DNA from: Bacteriovoracaceae bacterium
GTDB taxonomy: Bacteria; Bdellovibrionota; Bacteriovoracia; Bacteriovoracales; Bacteriovoracaceae
Length of the DNA: 64,000 nt
NCBI GenBank assembly: GCA_965217035.1
Contig: OZ244226.1
Span: 434,001-498,000 of the forward strand
Direction of reading: 5' to 3'
Part shown: one piece after another, positions 30,734 to 40,674 of the stretch
How positions within the stretch are numbered: position 1 is the first letter of the stretch
Layout: every line of letters begins with the position of its first letter
Position numbers and translations under genes: made by a program
Notes under the pieces: generated by a model
Database searches by the model: none
What the model saw: only the letters and a program-made list of their open reading frames with translations
What the model was told of the DNA's origin: nothing

Positions 30734-30772
30734 AAAGGGGAAAGTGAGGTGAACCTCATTCTCTCCTTTTTT
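30734..30772 (+). terminator. Intrinsic terminator with no + strand CDS directly upstream
   Basis: AAAGGGGAAAGTGAGG-TGAA-CCTCATTCTCTCC followed by T6. Confidence 0.7.
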
Positions 30773-30792
30773 ATAACAGATAAGAGATCTTC

Positions 30793-31383
30793 ATGAAGTA
30801 TTTAATGATTTATCTTCTGACACTGAACTTTGCTTTTTCAGATTCAAAATGGAAACAAGTGCTTATAGAAGACGGTATAATTGTTGAATCTAAAGAAAAC
30901 TCATCAGGACTTATGGCATTTCGAGCCTCTGGAACGATCGATGGATCCCCTGATCTCGTTTTATCAATCCTTAAAGATCATAATAAAAAACACCAATGGG
31001 CCCCAAAACTCAAAACTGTTCGAATGCATAAATATCTTGGCAATGAAGAGTATATTTTTTCCGAATACTATCAAACCCCTTGGCCTTCAACTGATAGAGA
31101 GTTTTTGCTCAAAGGAAAAATCTTAAAAACAGAAAGCTCATATCTTTTAAAAGCAAAGTCCATAGAGGCTGAAAAGCTTGCAGCTGAAGATCATATTCAG
31201 GCAGCTGTTGAATATATCAATATTGAGCTAAAGCCTACTCAAGAAAAAAACACTAATATCAAATTTGAATTCCAAGGAGATATGAAGGGATGGATTCCTT
31301 TGTGGTTGACTAACCTTATTCAAAAAAAGTGGCCTTTAAGGTTTATTCAAGGACTCAAAAAAAGAACATCTGAAATGATTTAA
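30793..31383 (+). CDS. START/SRPBCC domain lipid-binding protein, secreted
   Basis: Signal peptide; TPWPSTDREF, DMKGWIPLWLTN. Confidence 0.85.
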   Translation: MKYLMIYLLTLNFAFSDSKWKQVLIEDGIIVESKENSSGLMAFRASGTIDGSPDLVLSILKDHNKKHQWAPKLKTVRMHKYLGNEEYIFSEYYQTPWPSTDREFLLKGKILKTESSYLLKAKSIEAEKLAAEDHIQAAVEYINIELKPTQEKNTNIKFEFQGDMKGWIPLWLTNLIQKKWPLRFIQGLKKRTSEMI

Positions 31384-31468
31384 TTTTCGTGAAAACAGCT
31401 GGTTGGCATGTCAAATATTCCTTTTTATAATGTCTAAAACTCATCTTTCACTCAATAAGGAGATTATC

Positions 31469-31972
31469 GTGAAACTCATTTATCTGATATCATTTGCTTT
31501 TAGTATTTCTCAATCACAAGCCTTTGAACCTGTCTACAAAGAAGCTCGATCTTATACCAATAAAGTATCTAGGCAATTCAAAAGAGGAAATAATCCTCAA
31601 TTCTGTCGTTTCGAAACAAAGTTTGATGAAGAAAAACAAGAAATTAAGATCAAAGTTGGGGTTGTTGGTTCTCGTGTCGATTATTTTGGATGGAATGCTC
31701 CTATTTCTATAAAAGAATTCCCTCTTAAAAAAGGATTTAAAAAGATTTTTAAGATTCCTGGAGTAACAGGAATGCTTATGACTTATGATGGGAAAACTTT
31801 AAACTTTCAAAAATTAAAAAGTGAAAAAGTATGGAACAGACTTTATCCATTCTCAATTGAAATAGACTCAAAACTTCTTAACCCAAAAAGATTCAGAGGA
31901 AGACTTGAGGGATTTGAAAGGACGTATTTCAATAGATTGAAAAAACATGTTTCTCAAACCTGCCTATTTTAA
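31469..31972 (+). CDS. Hypothetical secreted protein
   Basis: AAGGAG RBS then GTG 31469; signal peptide ending SQA. Confidence 0.7.
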   Translation: MKLIYLISFAFSISQSQAFEPVYKEARSYTNKVSRQFKRGNNPQFCRFETKFDEEKQEIKIKVGVVGSRVDYFGWNAPISIKEFPLKKGFKKIFKIPGVTGMLMTYDGKTLNFQKLKSEKVWNRLYPFSIEIDSKLLNPKRFRGRLEGFERTYFNRLKKHVSQTCLF

Positions 31973-31983
31973 GAAATACTAAC

Positions 31984-32925
31984 TTAATCGAGATTCAATG
32001 GATAATTCTCTTGAATCTCTTTTAATTCATTGACTGAAATATTTTCAATGAATCGGAAAACATCAGAAATTTCATCCCAATCCTTAGGAGGATCTGATTC
32101 CCTAGGCCTAGTAAAAGCATTGATATCAATGAATTGGATTTTTTCTTGTTCGAGATCAAAAATGAACTGAGTATCATCAAGGTTGGGAAGATTTTCTAAT
32201 TTCTCTCTTACTCTTTTTATATCCTTAGCAATTTTTCCAAAAGGAACTTGTTTGTTCTTATCTCTCAAAAACTTAGCTGTCATGAATTTAAAAACTGTTT
32301 GTTCTCTAGGAGTAAGACTAATGCCTTCTTTAAATTTCAAATAAGCTTTATACCAATCAGTCACATTTTGATCTTTAAAGAAAGGGCCTTCTATTTTTTT
32401 CATAATTCTAACAATAAATCCAGTTTGAATATTTAAATTAAGCCCAGTTAATTCTCTCATCTCATTAAATCTTTCTCTAATAAGTGGAGACCCTTGCAAG
32501 AAATCATTGATACTAACTGTATGAAAAACTCCTTGAGCTTCAGGAATAATGACTCCCTCAATCTTAGCGGCTAAGCCTTCATCACTTAAAATCTTATGAA
32601 TATAAATATTTGAAAAGATATAGTATCCATTACTTTCAATCTTGGCGACATAATCATCAAAAGCAAAGACCCCAGTGTTCATAGTTCCTTCATCGATAAT
32701 CTTGATACCATCAAACACTCTATCTTTTGAAATAATATCATTGGCCCCATCGACAAGATATTTAACAAAAAGATTAGACTCGTTAACTAACAATGAGGAA
32801 CAGAAGACTTCTTCATAGTCGATTCCAAAAGAATTGTTTTGATACAAAAAAAATATGAAACACAGAAAAAACCTGCTCAAATAAAAACTCCAACTTTTAT
32901 AGTTTTTTAATCGGCGTTTTAGCAA
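31984..32925 (-). CDS. Hypothetical secreted protein, possible kinase-like fold (start uncertain)
   Basis: 313-aa ORF; EGTMNTGVF..YVAKI, DDTQFIF, IQFID. Confidence 0.6.
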   Translation of the reverse strand: MLKRRLKNYKSWSFYLSRFFLCFIFFLYQNNSFGIDYEEVFCSSLLVNESNLFVKYLVDGANDIISKDRVFDGIKIIDEGTMNTGVFAFDDYVAKIESNGYYIFSNIYIHKILSDEGLAAKIEGVIIPEAQGVFHTVSINDFLQGSPLIRERFNEMRELTGLNLNIQTGFIVRIMKKIEGPFFKDQNVTDWYKAYLKFKEGISLTPREQTVFKFMTAKFLRDKNKQVPFGKIAKDIKRVREKLENLPNLDDTQFIFDLEQEKIQFIDINAFTRPRESDPPKDWDEISDVFRFIENISVNELKEIQENYPLNLD

Positions 32926-33066
32926 GAAAGGGATAACTCAATGAAAGTAGAGGCAAAAGCGAACCTGACAATTTTAGTACACTTCACTCTACCAGTGAAG
33001 ATTTCCATTTAGCTTAGCAATCACTAAATTGAGAAGGTATAATTATTCTGACTTAATTAAGGAAGG

Positions 33067-33114
33067 GCAAGCCCGTCAAAGGTGGGGAGGTGATCCCACA
33101 ATCAACGGACTCGC
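33067..33114. other. GC-rich hairpin containing GGAGGTGATCC / GGATCACCTCC
   Basis: Long stem (G-U pairs favour the minus strand) around an 11-nt match to the 16S rRNA 3' end. Confidence 0.6.
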
Positions 33115-33145
33115 TATTTTTGACTACTTCACTGAGGAAGTATCG

Positions 33146-33481
33146 CTAAACTTCTAACTGAAAAATTTGAACAAAGTCAGCGATAAGATTTTTATTTCTT
33201 GGAAAATTCCGCTCATCACAATAAACACACATGACCTCTCTCATACAATCACGAAGAAAAAGCTTTTCATCTCGATCAAGATCAATCGAACTAAGATAGA
33301 GATTTCTGAGCTTTATGTAGCTCTTATAGAGTAATCCTCTCGCTTCAATAGCATCACTAATATTGCCACTATCAAACAACGCAAGGACCTTATTGATCAT
33401 TATCGTAACAGTAGAGGCTATTTCTGTTAGATTTAAAGAAGCTTCTTCATCAATCTGTTCAATTTTTCGTAGAGCAGTCAT
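33146..33481 (-). CDS. Hypothetical protein
   Basis: 111-aa ORF with AGGA RBS. Confidence 0.65.
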   Translation of the reverse strand: MTALRKIEQIDEEASLNLTEIASTVTIMINKVLALFDSGNISDAIEARGLLYKSYIKLRNLYLSSIDLDRDEKLFLRDCMREVMCVYCDERNFPRNKNLIADFVQIFQLEV

Positions 33482-33631
33482 TTCCTATCCTTATAATATT
33501 AGATTAAACCAAATTGTTTAACATGCCAAACCTTAATTCGTCATAGCATACAGTTTTTAATTTCGATAACTTAGAACTCCTTTTCCCAGAAGTCCTGCCT
33601 TATCAGATTGGTGATTTTTTATAAAAATTAA

Positions 33632-34066
33632 TTAGAAAACGCGACAACTTACCTGCGAAAGGCCATCGTCCTTAAAAGCTTTTGCCTTCAAAAAATTATC
33701 ATGAAGAGGGCTATCTGGGGTTGCTTTAAAAAAACCAACGATAGCCTTTCTAATCTCAAACTTTCTTTGAGTTGCAAAAGCAAGCTGAACAAGTTCATAA
33801 CAGAAATCTTCTTTAGAAATAAGAAGTTCCAACATTGTATTTTTAGGAGCAAGCTCTCTTAACTCAGATTCTGAACTTCCGTCTTTATCCGAAACAACCG
33901 CTTTTTCCACTTTACCTATAAAAAGGAAATCATCTTTATACTTCGCTTTGGAAGAAGTAATTAAGGAATCAATTTTTTTAAAGGCGAGAAAAACTTCATC
34001 TTTCTTAAATGTATTTGCATAAGAAAAGTTTAAATTTAATAAAATAAAAAAGACTATTAATTTCAT
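33632..34066 (-). CDS. Hypothetical secreted protein
   Basis: Signal peptide ending SYA. Confidence 0.7.
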   Translation of the reverse strand: MKLIVFFILLNLNFSYANTFKKDEVFLAFKKIDSLITSSKAKYKDDFLFIGKVEKAVVSDKDGSSESELRELAPKNTMLELLISKEDFCYELVQLAFATQRKFEIRKAIVGFFKATPDSPLHDNFLKAKAFKDDGLSQVSCRVF

Positions 34067-34125
34067 AGTTACCTGTATGGAATAACGTTAGGCAATAATA
34101 AAAGTAATCGTTTCATTATTGATCC

Positions 34126-34650
34126 TTAAAGATTATGGAGAAAAGTTCCAAAAATCATAAAGATCAATTGAAGAGAATATTTTTTACAGGCTTGACCATC
34201 TTTCATTTTTACAGATAGAGTCTTTCCGTAATAATCCATTGTATAGCTTGGATTGATGAAGTGATTATTCTCGTATTTATCAAACCCTACTTTAACTTCA
34301 AATTCTTTATCATTGAAGGCGATTGTATAAGTGTTACTTCCTTTATCGAACGACTTAAACTTAAGAGCTGAACTCTTAGCTTTCTCAGTAATAGTTCCGC
34401 CCCACTCACCGTCTTTATTTCCAAAATTTGTTCTAAGAATTTTTCCATCATCATGAATAAGAAGAGTGGCCGTATCGTGTTTCTTTCCTGTCACAACACC
34501 GAAAACCAAGTGGTCTCCAATATTTCCAGAAATCGCATGCCCCTGAGTTGAAAGACGGACGCCCTTTCCATTAATTGAAGTCAGCTTATGCTCACCACCG
34601 TGTGCTAAAGAAAGAAGTGTTAAAGTCATTATTGAAATAAGTAATTTCAT
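34126..34650 (-). CDS. Hypothetical secreted protein
   Basis: GGAGG RBS; signal peptide; beta-rich sequence. Confidence 0.75.
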   Translation of the reverse strand: MKLLISIMTLTLLSLAHGGEHKLTSINGKGVRLSTQGHAISGNIGDHLVFGVVTGKKHDTATLLIHDDGKILRTNFGNKDGEWGGTITEKAKSSALKFKSFDKGSNTYTIAFNDKEFEVKVGFDKYENNHFINPSYTMDYYGKTLSVKMKDGQACKKYSLQLIFMIFGTFLHNL

Positions 34651-34865
34651 TTGTTCCTCCAGAATGTTTCAGTAGATGAAACAAATATAGACGATTGTGT
34701 TTGGCATGACAAACAGAAATACACAAAGCTAAACAAATTGAAAATCAATTACTGCAGTGCTTCTGTAAAAATGAAACGCCGTTGAACTTTGTTTTGTTTC
34801 AGGCATTGGCTCTTGGTATATCAGAAAGTATTAATTTTTATTAGGAAATACTTAAAGCGACTAAA

Positions 34866-35879
34866 ATGAAAATACTCCTCTTTCTGTTACTACTACACAA
34901 TTCAATAAAAGCTATCGAAGCAACAGAAAACATTAGACTGTTAAACTGGTGGAGCTATCTAGCTCCTGACGTTTCTAAAACGTTAAGATCAGAGTATCCT
35001 GAAATGCTAATAACAGAATACCGTTCTAATGAAATCGCTTTGTCTAAAATATTAAGCAACTTAGATGGTTACGAAATAGCAATTGTTTCAAATTGGGTTG
35101 CTAGAAAGTTAAACAATGCTGGTATGCTAGACACAATAAGTTTATCTCAACTCACTAAATCGAGAAACTATCAAAAAAAAATCCTACTATCTGAAACTGG
35201 ATGTATTCCCTACCTTTGGTCTGTAACTACATTTGCAAGTAATATAAAGTCTTTTGGAAAAGTAGACTCAATCACAACTCTCATCTCTAATAATGATATT
35301 AGTAAAAAAATTGGAATCGTAGATGATATTATAGAGTTCCATACAAGGATGGCCATAGATCTTAATAATGAACATTGTTTACCGAAAATGACTCCTCAAT
35401 GTGTGAAAAATATATCAGAATTCATAAAACCAAAAAGAAAAATACATTTTATCTCTTCCTTTAACGAAGTCTTACATAAGTATGATGCCGTCTATAGTTG
35501 GCATGGAGTAATATCGCAGAAGATTGAAAACTTAGAAGGTTACAAATTTTATATACCTCACAAACTTCTAGTAATAGGAGGAGATTATGTTTGTTTAATA
35601 AAAAATAAAAATCGTTCGATCAAAGAAACAAAGAAATTAATTAATCTAATATCATTATTGACGAATAAAAAAAATACAAATCGAAATGTCCTTTATACAA
35701 ATTACTTTTCACCATATACTAACTTTACTCCGGAAATATTGCCTAAAAAGACAAGACAACTTTTCAAAAAGTCATTGAGCCTATTGAAAAATGGAAAAAC
35801 TATTTTTGTAAATGATTACTCAAGGCATGAAATTACCCAAATGAATAAACTATGGAAGAAGATAAGGTTTAGAAAATGA
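34866..35879 (+). CDS. Periplasmic solute-binding protein (PotD/PotF-like, divergent)
   Basis: LLNWWSYL, Y.SNE..LSK, YEIAIVS, IPYLWS motifs. Confidence 0.7.
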   Translation: MKILLFLLLLHNSIKAIEATENIRLLNWWSYLAPDVSKTLRSEYPEMLITEYRSNEIALSKILSNLDGYEIAIVSNWVARKLNNAGMLDTISLSQLTKSRNYQKKILLSETGCIPYLWSVTTFASNIKSFGKVDSITTLISNNDISKKIGIVDDIIEFHTRMAIDLNNEHCLPKMTPQCVKNISEFIKPKRKIHFISSFNEVLHKYDAVYSWHGVISQKIENLEGYKFYIPHKLLVIGGDYVCLIKNKNRSIKETKKLINLISLLTNKKNTNRNVLYTNYFSPYTNFTPEILPKKTRQLFKKSLSLLKNGKTIFVNDYSRHEITQMNKLWKKIRFRK

Positions 35880-37537
35880 AGCGACCTTCTTTAAAAAGAA
35901 TTTTCATTTTCATTCTCCTCTTTGCTGGTATAATCCCAAGTCTAATTTCTATAATGTTTGTGGTTAATCAACTAAAACTGAACGAAAAGCAGCAAAAACT
36001 TATCAATGAGAAGCTACAAAAAAATATTTTTTACTCTATAAATTCAGAGATATCCCTAATTGAAAATAAGATAGAAATGCTTATTGACTCTTCTGAGTTA
36101 ATTGATTATTTCAGAACTCCAAATGAATTTAAAAACCTCATCGAAAATCGTCTTTATGGAAAAGGAAAAATTTTCATAGAACAATCCTCTCTACCTTTCA
36201 ACTTGATGATCCAAGATAATTCGAATAAACATCTCCTTAGTATCGGAGAAACTCATGCTGGAGACTTGGTTCTTTTCGAAAAAGAAGTTCGCTTAAATGA
36301 TCTCAACATGCCTGATGGTATGCTCTACGGAAGTGTAAAGGTCCTTCTTAATCCCTTAAATATATATAGTAAATACCCTCTTGTAAAAGAGATAATGATA
36401 AACTCGAGCAACAATAAATTTATTAGTCTTCAATTTAAAGAAATTGAAAAAACAAGATCAACTGTTCTTCTATTAATCATTAGTATTTTTACCCTCATCT
36501 TAAGCGCCGCTATCGGTTTTCTTCTACTACAAAAACAAGTTTTCAGCCCCATTCAAAATCTTACAGGCAAGCTCCTCACAAATGAATCTAAAATTGGTAA
36601 AATAAAGTCCAATAATGAAATTGAGTATCTCGAGCAAGTCACTAAAAATTATGTCGAACTTACTCGAAAAAAAGAAATTCAACAGATTTCAGCTCAAGTT
36701 GCCCATGATATTCGATCTCCTTTAATTGCTCTGAAAAATTATTTAACTAAAAATGATATCGATAAAGAGATTGCATTCAAGGCTCTTAACCGAATAGAGG
36801 AAATCGCTGCTAAGCTTGGAAACAAAAGATTTAATTCTCAAAAAACTCTTTTTTCTCCTGAACGAATCATAATTGATCTTATTAAGGAATATTCACTTCA
36901 CTCAAAAGCAAAAATATCACTTAAATCTAATATCAATTCTAAACTCGATACAAACATGAGTGAGTTTTGTGCTGCTATCTCCAATATAATAGACAACTCA
37001 ATAGATGCAACAAAAAAACCAGAGATTGAAATTTCACTAACTTCAAGAAAGAATCAACTTTTCATAAGCCTTAAAGATAACGGTCCAGGAATGCCCAATA
37101 GTGATCTCATATTTAAAGAAGGCTACACAACAAAAGAAACAGGGTCTGGTCTCGGGTTATTTCAAGTCAAACGATTTATGGACTCTATAGATGGAAATGT
37201 TTCAGCGATAGTAGATCAATCAGGAACAACTATTCTGCTGACGTTTAATCAAGTCATGAAAGATACAATTATTATTCTTGACGATGACGAGCTCTACCTC
37301 AAAGTTTCACAAATCAGGCTTAAGCAACTCGGATATCAGTCGATCTTATTTTCCGATAAAATGAAGCTTTACGGATTCCTAGAAAATAACAAAAAAAAAT
37401 ATGATCTGTATATTGACAAGAATATTGAAAAAGAAGGTGATGGTCTTCAAGTAAAAGAAGCTCTCAAAAACAGATCAAATTTAAATATCTACATGAACTC
37501 CTCATCACTCCCAGAAGGAAAGAGAGATTGGAGTTAA
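35876..37537 (+). CDS. Membrane sensor histidine kinase with short C-terminal receiver-like domain
   Basis: Two TMs; QVAHDIRSPL, NIIDNS, DNGPG, GSGLGL; ILDDD...YIDKN. Confidence 0.88.
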   Translation: MKRPSLKRIFIFILLFAGIIPSLISIMFVVNQLKLNEKQQKLINEKLQKNIFYSINSEISLIENKIEMLIDSSELIDYFRTPNEFKNLIENRLYGKGKIFIEQSSLPFNLMIQDNSNKHLLSIGETHAGDLVLFEKEVRLNDLNMPDGMLYGSVKVLLNPLNIYSKYPLVKEIMINSSNNKFISLQFKEIEKTRSTVLLLIISIFTLILSAAIGFLLLQKQVFSPIQNLTGKLLTNESKIGKIKSNNEIEYLEQVTKNYVELTRKKEIQQISAQVAHDIRSPLIALKNYLTKNDIDKEIAFKALNRIEEIAAKLGNKRFNSQKTLFSPERIIIDLIKEYSLHSKAKISLKSNINSKLDTNMSEFCAAISNIIDNSIDATKKPEIEISLTSRKNQLFISLKDNGPGMPNSDLIFKEGYTTKETGSGLGLFQVKRFMDSIDGNVSAIVDQSGTTILLTFNQVMKDTIIILDDDELYLKVSQIRLKQLGYQSILFSDKMKLYGFLENNKKKYDLYIDKNIEKEGDGLQVKEALKNRSNLNIYMNSSSLPEGKRDWS

Positions 37538-38452
37538 TCACTTATACACTTTTTGAGCAACCTCATATGTTCCAACATAAGCTTCAACTGTATCATTAAT
37601 ATTATTGGAATAACCTCCTCCTAAGGCCATCGTCAAAGGAATTCCCTGTGACAGAGCAAACTCAAAGACTAGCCGATCTCTCTCCTTAAGACCTTGATGA
37701 CTCATCATCAGTTTCCCAAAGGCATCGCTGCCTAAAGCATCAACTCCCGCTTGATAAAAAATATGATGAAATCCCATCTGAGAGAATTGTTCGAGATCTT
37801 TCCTTAAAAAATCTAAATATTCTTCATCTTGAGTCCCATCTTCAAATTCTCGATCAAGATGAGAAGGTACTTTTCGATAAGGGTAATTATTTCTTCCATG
37901 GTAACTGACAATGAAAACATTCTCATCGTGTTTTAAAATCGAACTATTTCCATTTCCTTGGTGAACATCTAAATCTAAAATGAGAATTTTATAATCTTCT
38001 TTTTCACGATGAATCCTTCGAACATTCACAGCAAAGTCATTGAAGAAACAAAATCCTTCACCTGCATCGGCATGAGCATGATGGGTTCCACCCGCCATCG
38101 AAGCAGAGAACCCTGTCTCTAAAGAACTTGTTACAGCTTGCCAAAAAGCCCCTTGGCTTCCTAACGCTCTATCCACCATTGCTTGATTTAAAGGGAGTCC
38201 GATCAAACGGGCCATTTTATGATCGAGTGTGAGGTTAAGGACACCTTCAATATAATCGGGCATATGTGCTAAATGGAGAAACTCGGTCTCTATTTTTTCA
38301 GCAGGAGAAACTTGTGAAAGATCGATAATTTCTTTTTCTAAAAGTTGTTCACGAAGCTTTCTATATTTTCCCATGGGAAATCGGTGATTCTTTTCTAGTT
38401 CTACTTCAAAGTGATCAGAATAGAAAAAATGAAAGTCAGACCATCTTTTCAT
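37538..38452 (-). CDS. Histone deacetylase family protein
   Basis: HRFPMGKY, GGTHHA, GFC.FND, DLDVHQGNG, GGGY. Confidence 0.92.
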   Translation of the reverse strand: MKRWSDFHFFYSDHFEVELEKNHRFPMGKYRKLREQLLEKEIIDLSQVSPAEKIETEFLHLAHMPDYIEGVLNLTLDHKMARLIGLPLNQAMVDRALGSQGAFWQAVTSSLETGFSASMAGGTHHAHADAGEGFCFFNDFAVNVRRIHREKEDYKILILDLDVHQGNGNSSILKHDENVFIVSYHGRNNYPYRKVPSHLDREFEDGTQDEEYLDFLRKDLEQFSQMGFHHIFYQAGVDALGSDAFGKLMMSHQGLKERDRLVFEFALSQGIPLTMALGGGYSNNINDTVEAYVGTYEVAQKVYK

Positions 38453-38961
38453 AATCTTTTAAACTTGTGGCTCGCTTCGTGCTCTGCTTGGAATTCTTTG
38501 TATTGAACAAAATTCTTCACCAATCTCGCTTGGTACTCTTGCTGATAAGAAAAATCATAAGCTTGATCTAAATTGACCGGGCATTTTTTTAGAAGTCTAA
38601 AAATTTCAGTTCCACTTGATTTATTATAAAGATAATAGAGGAAGCAACTCAAAGGAGTACCAACAACATAATCATATTTATTAAGGGCCGCCAGTAAGTT
38701 ATCAAGCGGGCTAATCCCCAATCCAGGAGACTTTAAAATTCCTATTTCCTTATCTTCGTACTCAAAGAGAGATCCCGATTTTTGCTTAAACTGTATTTTA
38801 AGAAATTTCTCTGTGATATAACGGCGTTGTTCAGGAGAAAGATGATCATAATCGTTTCGAGAATAAAAATAATGATCGTACAACGCAATAACTCGAGACC
38901 TTGGAGCTGTATAGATAAATCTATCCTTTCCTAATTCATCTATTTTCTTAGAGAGTTCCAT
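38449..38961 (-). CDS. Hypothetical protein
   Basis: ORF coupled to neighbours; start placed at MELSKK. Confidence 0.65.
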   Translation of the reverse strand: MELSKKIDELGKDRFIYTAPRSRVIALYDHYFYSRNDYDHLSPEQRRYITEKFLKIQFKQKSGSLFEYEDKEIGILKSPGLGISPLDNLLAALNKYDYVVGTPLSCFLYYLYNKSSGTEIFRLLKKCPVNLDQAYDFSYQQEYQARLVKNFVQYKEFQAEHEASHKFKRL

Positions 38962-39622
38962 TTTCGATTTTTCCCTTGATGACTTCTTTTGCATGAGTGA
39001 TTCGTTTAAACTCTTCCTCTGCGACTTCTCTTTGCTTTTCACCTAATCCTCCGAGGCGATCAGGATGGTAAAGACCTGCCAATTCCTTATATTTCTGATT
39101 CAAAGAATCAAGAGTCACGGATTCATCTAAGCCCAAAAGATAAAGCAGTTTTACTGTATCTTTGTAATTATAAAAAATTGGATCAGCACTTGTCTCAGAC
39201 TCTTTCATCGATGCTTTTTCCATCTCTTCTTCGTAACCCAATCCGTATTGTAAATAATTTTCCTTTCTTTTCTCTACAACTTGAATACTTATAAGAATTG
39301 TTACAATCAAGATAAAAGGAAAGGCAATCTGAATAAACCCCGTTGCATTTAAGCCAAGAGCTGCTGCAAAAAATAAGATAATCAAAAGACTTATTACGAT
39401 CATGGCAATGAACGCTCCTAAGCCTAAACTCATTACAATAAATTTTTTATCATTTTTTTGCTTTGATTCTTCTCCTGGAAATCCGTTAAAGGTTTGAAAT
39501 ACAAGATAACAAATCCCTAAAATGCTCACGAAAAGAGCTGAGTGCATGGAAGCTTTCCAGAAATAAAAGCCAATAAGTGCTAAAAGGAATAAGACCAAAC
39601 CAATTTTACCAAGCCAATTCAT
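38948..39622 (-). CDS. Membrane protein with C-terminal J domain
   Basis: Four TMs; YHPDR...AEEEFKRI. Confidence 0.85.
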   Translation of the reverse strand: MNWLGKIGLVLFLLALIGFYFWKASMHSALFVSILGICYLVFQTFNGFPGEESKQKNDKKFIVMSLGLGAFIAMIVISLLIILFFAAALGLNATGFIQIAFPFILIVTILISIQVVEKRKENYLQYGLGYEEEMEKASMKESETSADPIFYNYKDTVKLLYLLGLDESVTLDSLNQKYKELAGLYHPDRLGGLGEKQREVAEEEFKRITHAKEVIKGKIENGTL

Positions 39623-39710
39623 CCTCTTTCAAATTAACATAGAGCAGTACTTAAAGAAAGCTTGGTCACTTGCATATTCCTGGGACAGGTTAGACAAGCA
39701 TTAATGAGCT

Positions 39711-40364
39711 ATGAATAATAAAGGAATGAAAATATTTAACAAAAATGACTTTGCAAATTTTGAAAAAAGATACCGAGCTAATTTCGTAAATTCCCTCAGC
39801 GGAGTCAAGAGCGCTAATTTAATAGGAACAAGAAATAAAATAGGACAAGAAAATCTTGCAATGTTCAGTTCTTGTGTTCATCTAGGAGCAAGTCCGGCCC
39901 TTATAGGTCTCGTAAATCGGCCAGAAAAAGACGGAGCTGTCCGACACACTCTCAACAATATTAAAGAACAAGGTTTTTTTACAATTAACGATGTTCAAGA
40001 TAATTTTTTAATGAAGGCTCATCAAACTTCTGCTCGCTACCCTCTTGAGATTTCTGAATTTCAAGCAGTCGGATTAACTTCTGAAAGTATCGATGGCTTC
40101 AAAGCTCCTTTCGTACAGGAATCCTCTTTGAAAGTTGGTTGTAAACTCGCTCAACTCATCCCAATTGATCTGAATAATACTGTTTTTATAATTGGAGAAA
40201 TTGTTTTGGTTCAATGTGATGAAAATCGCATTGATGAACAAGGTCGAATTGATAGAAGTGATGTTCTCGCAATATCAGGACTAGACACCTATTCTGAACT
40301 CACTCACAAGAAGATTCTTTCTTATGCGAAGCCGGATCTTGCTCCTCAGATTCTGTCTTCTTGA
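39711..40364 (+). CDS. Flavin reductase family protein
   Basis: NSLSG.KSANLIGT, HLGASP, AHQTSARY. Confidence 0.85.
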   Translation: MNNKGMKIFNKNDFANFEKRYRANFVNSLSGVKSANLIGTRNKIGQENLAMFSSCVHLGASPALIGLVNRPEKDGAVRHTLNNIKEQGFFTINDVQDNFLMKAHQTSARYPLEISEFQAVGLTSESIDGFKAPFVQESSLKVGCKLAQLIPIDLNNTVFIIGEIVLVQCDENRIDEQGRIDRSDVLAISGLDTYSELTHKKILSYAKPDLAPQILSS

Positions 40365-40491
40365 ATTCTCCCTTGCATCTTTTAGAACAAAATCGAACTT
40401 CGTCCCAGCAACGCTCCCACTTTTTCCTCCATGTAAATGAACGTTTACAGTAGAGACAGTCTTTAGTGGGAAGGTTGATTTTTTTATGCAT
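40300..40491 (-). CDS. DUF2256-like Cys-rich protein
   Basis: LPTKDC..C.R.FTWRKKW.RCWDEVRFCS.RC. Confidence 0.85.
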   Translation of the reverse strand: MHKKINLPTKDCLYCKRSFTWRKKWERCWDEVRFCSKRCKGEFKKTESEEQDPASHKKESSCE

Positions 40492-40673
40492 TAACTTCTT
40501 TCGACATTTAAACGTGGATTTTCTGGATCGTTAAAATCGACACGATAGAGAATCGGATGACAACAGACTTCACAATCAATAACCATCTCTTGCTCTAGAC
40601 CATCTTCAGGATAAAACTCCATCCAGATCGATTCAAAACAGAAGGGACAGATGATTTGAAAGTATGATTCCAT
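40491..40673 (-). CDS. CPXCG-motif cysteine-rich protein
   Basis: CPFC...DCEVCCHPI. Confidence 0.85.
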   Translation of the reverse strand: MESYFQIICPFCFESIWMEFYPEDGLEQEMVIDCEVCCHPILYRVDFNDPENPRLNVERS

Positions 40674-40674
40674 A

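Noticed and set aside
33086..33096. 16S rRNA gene fragment or c-di-GMP-I riboswitch
   Set aside because: The match is limited to 11 nt with non-rRNA flanks; the GGCAA start lacks the GAAA loop and GCAAAGC elements of that riboswitch
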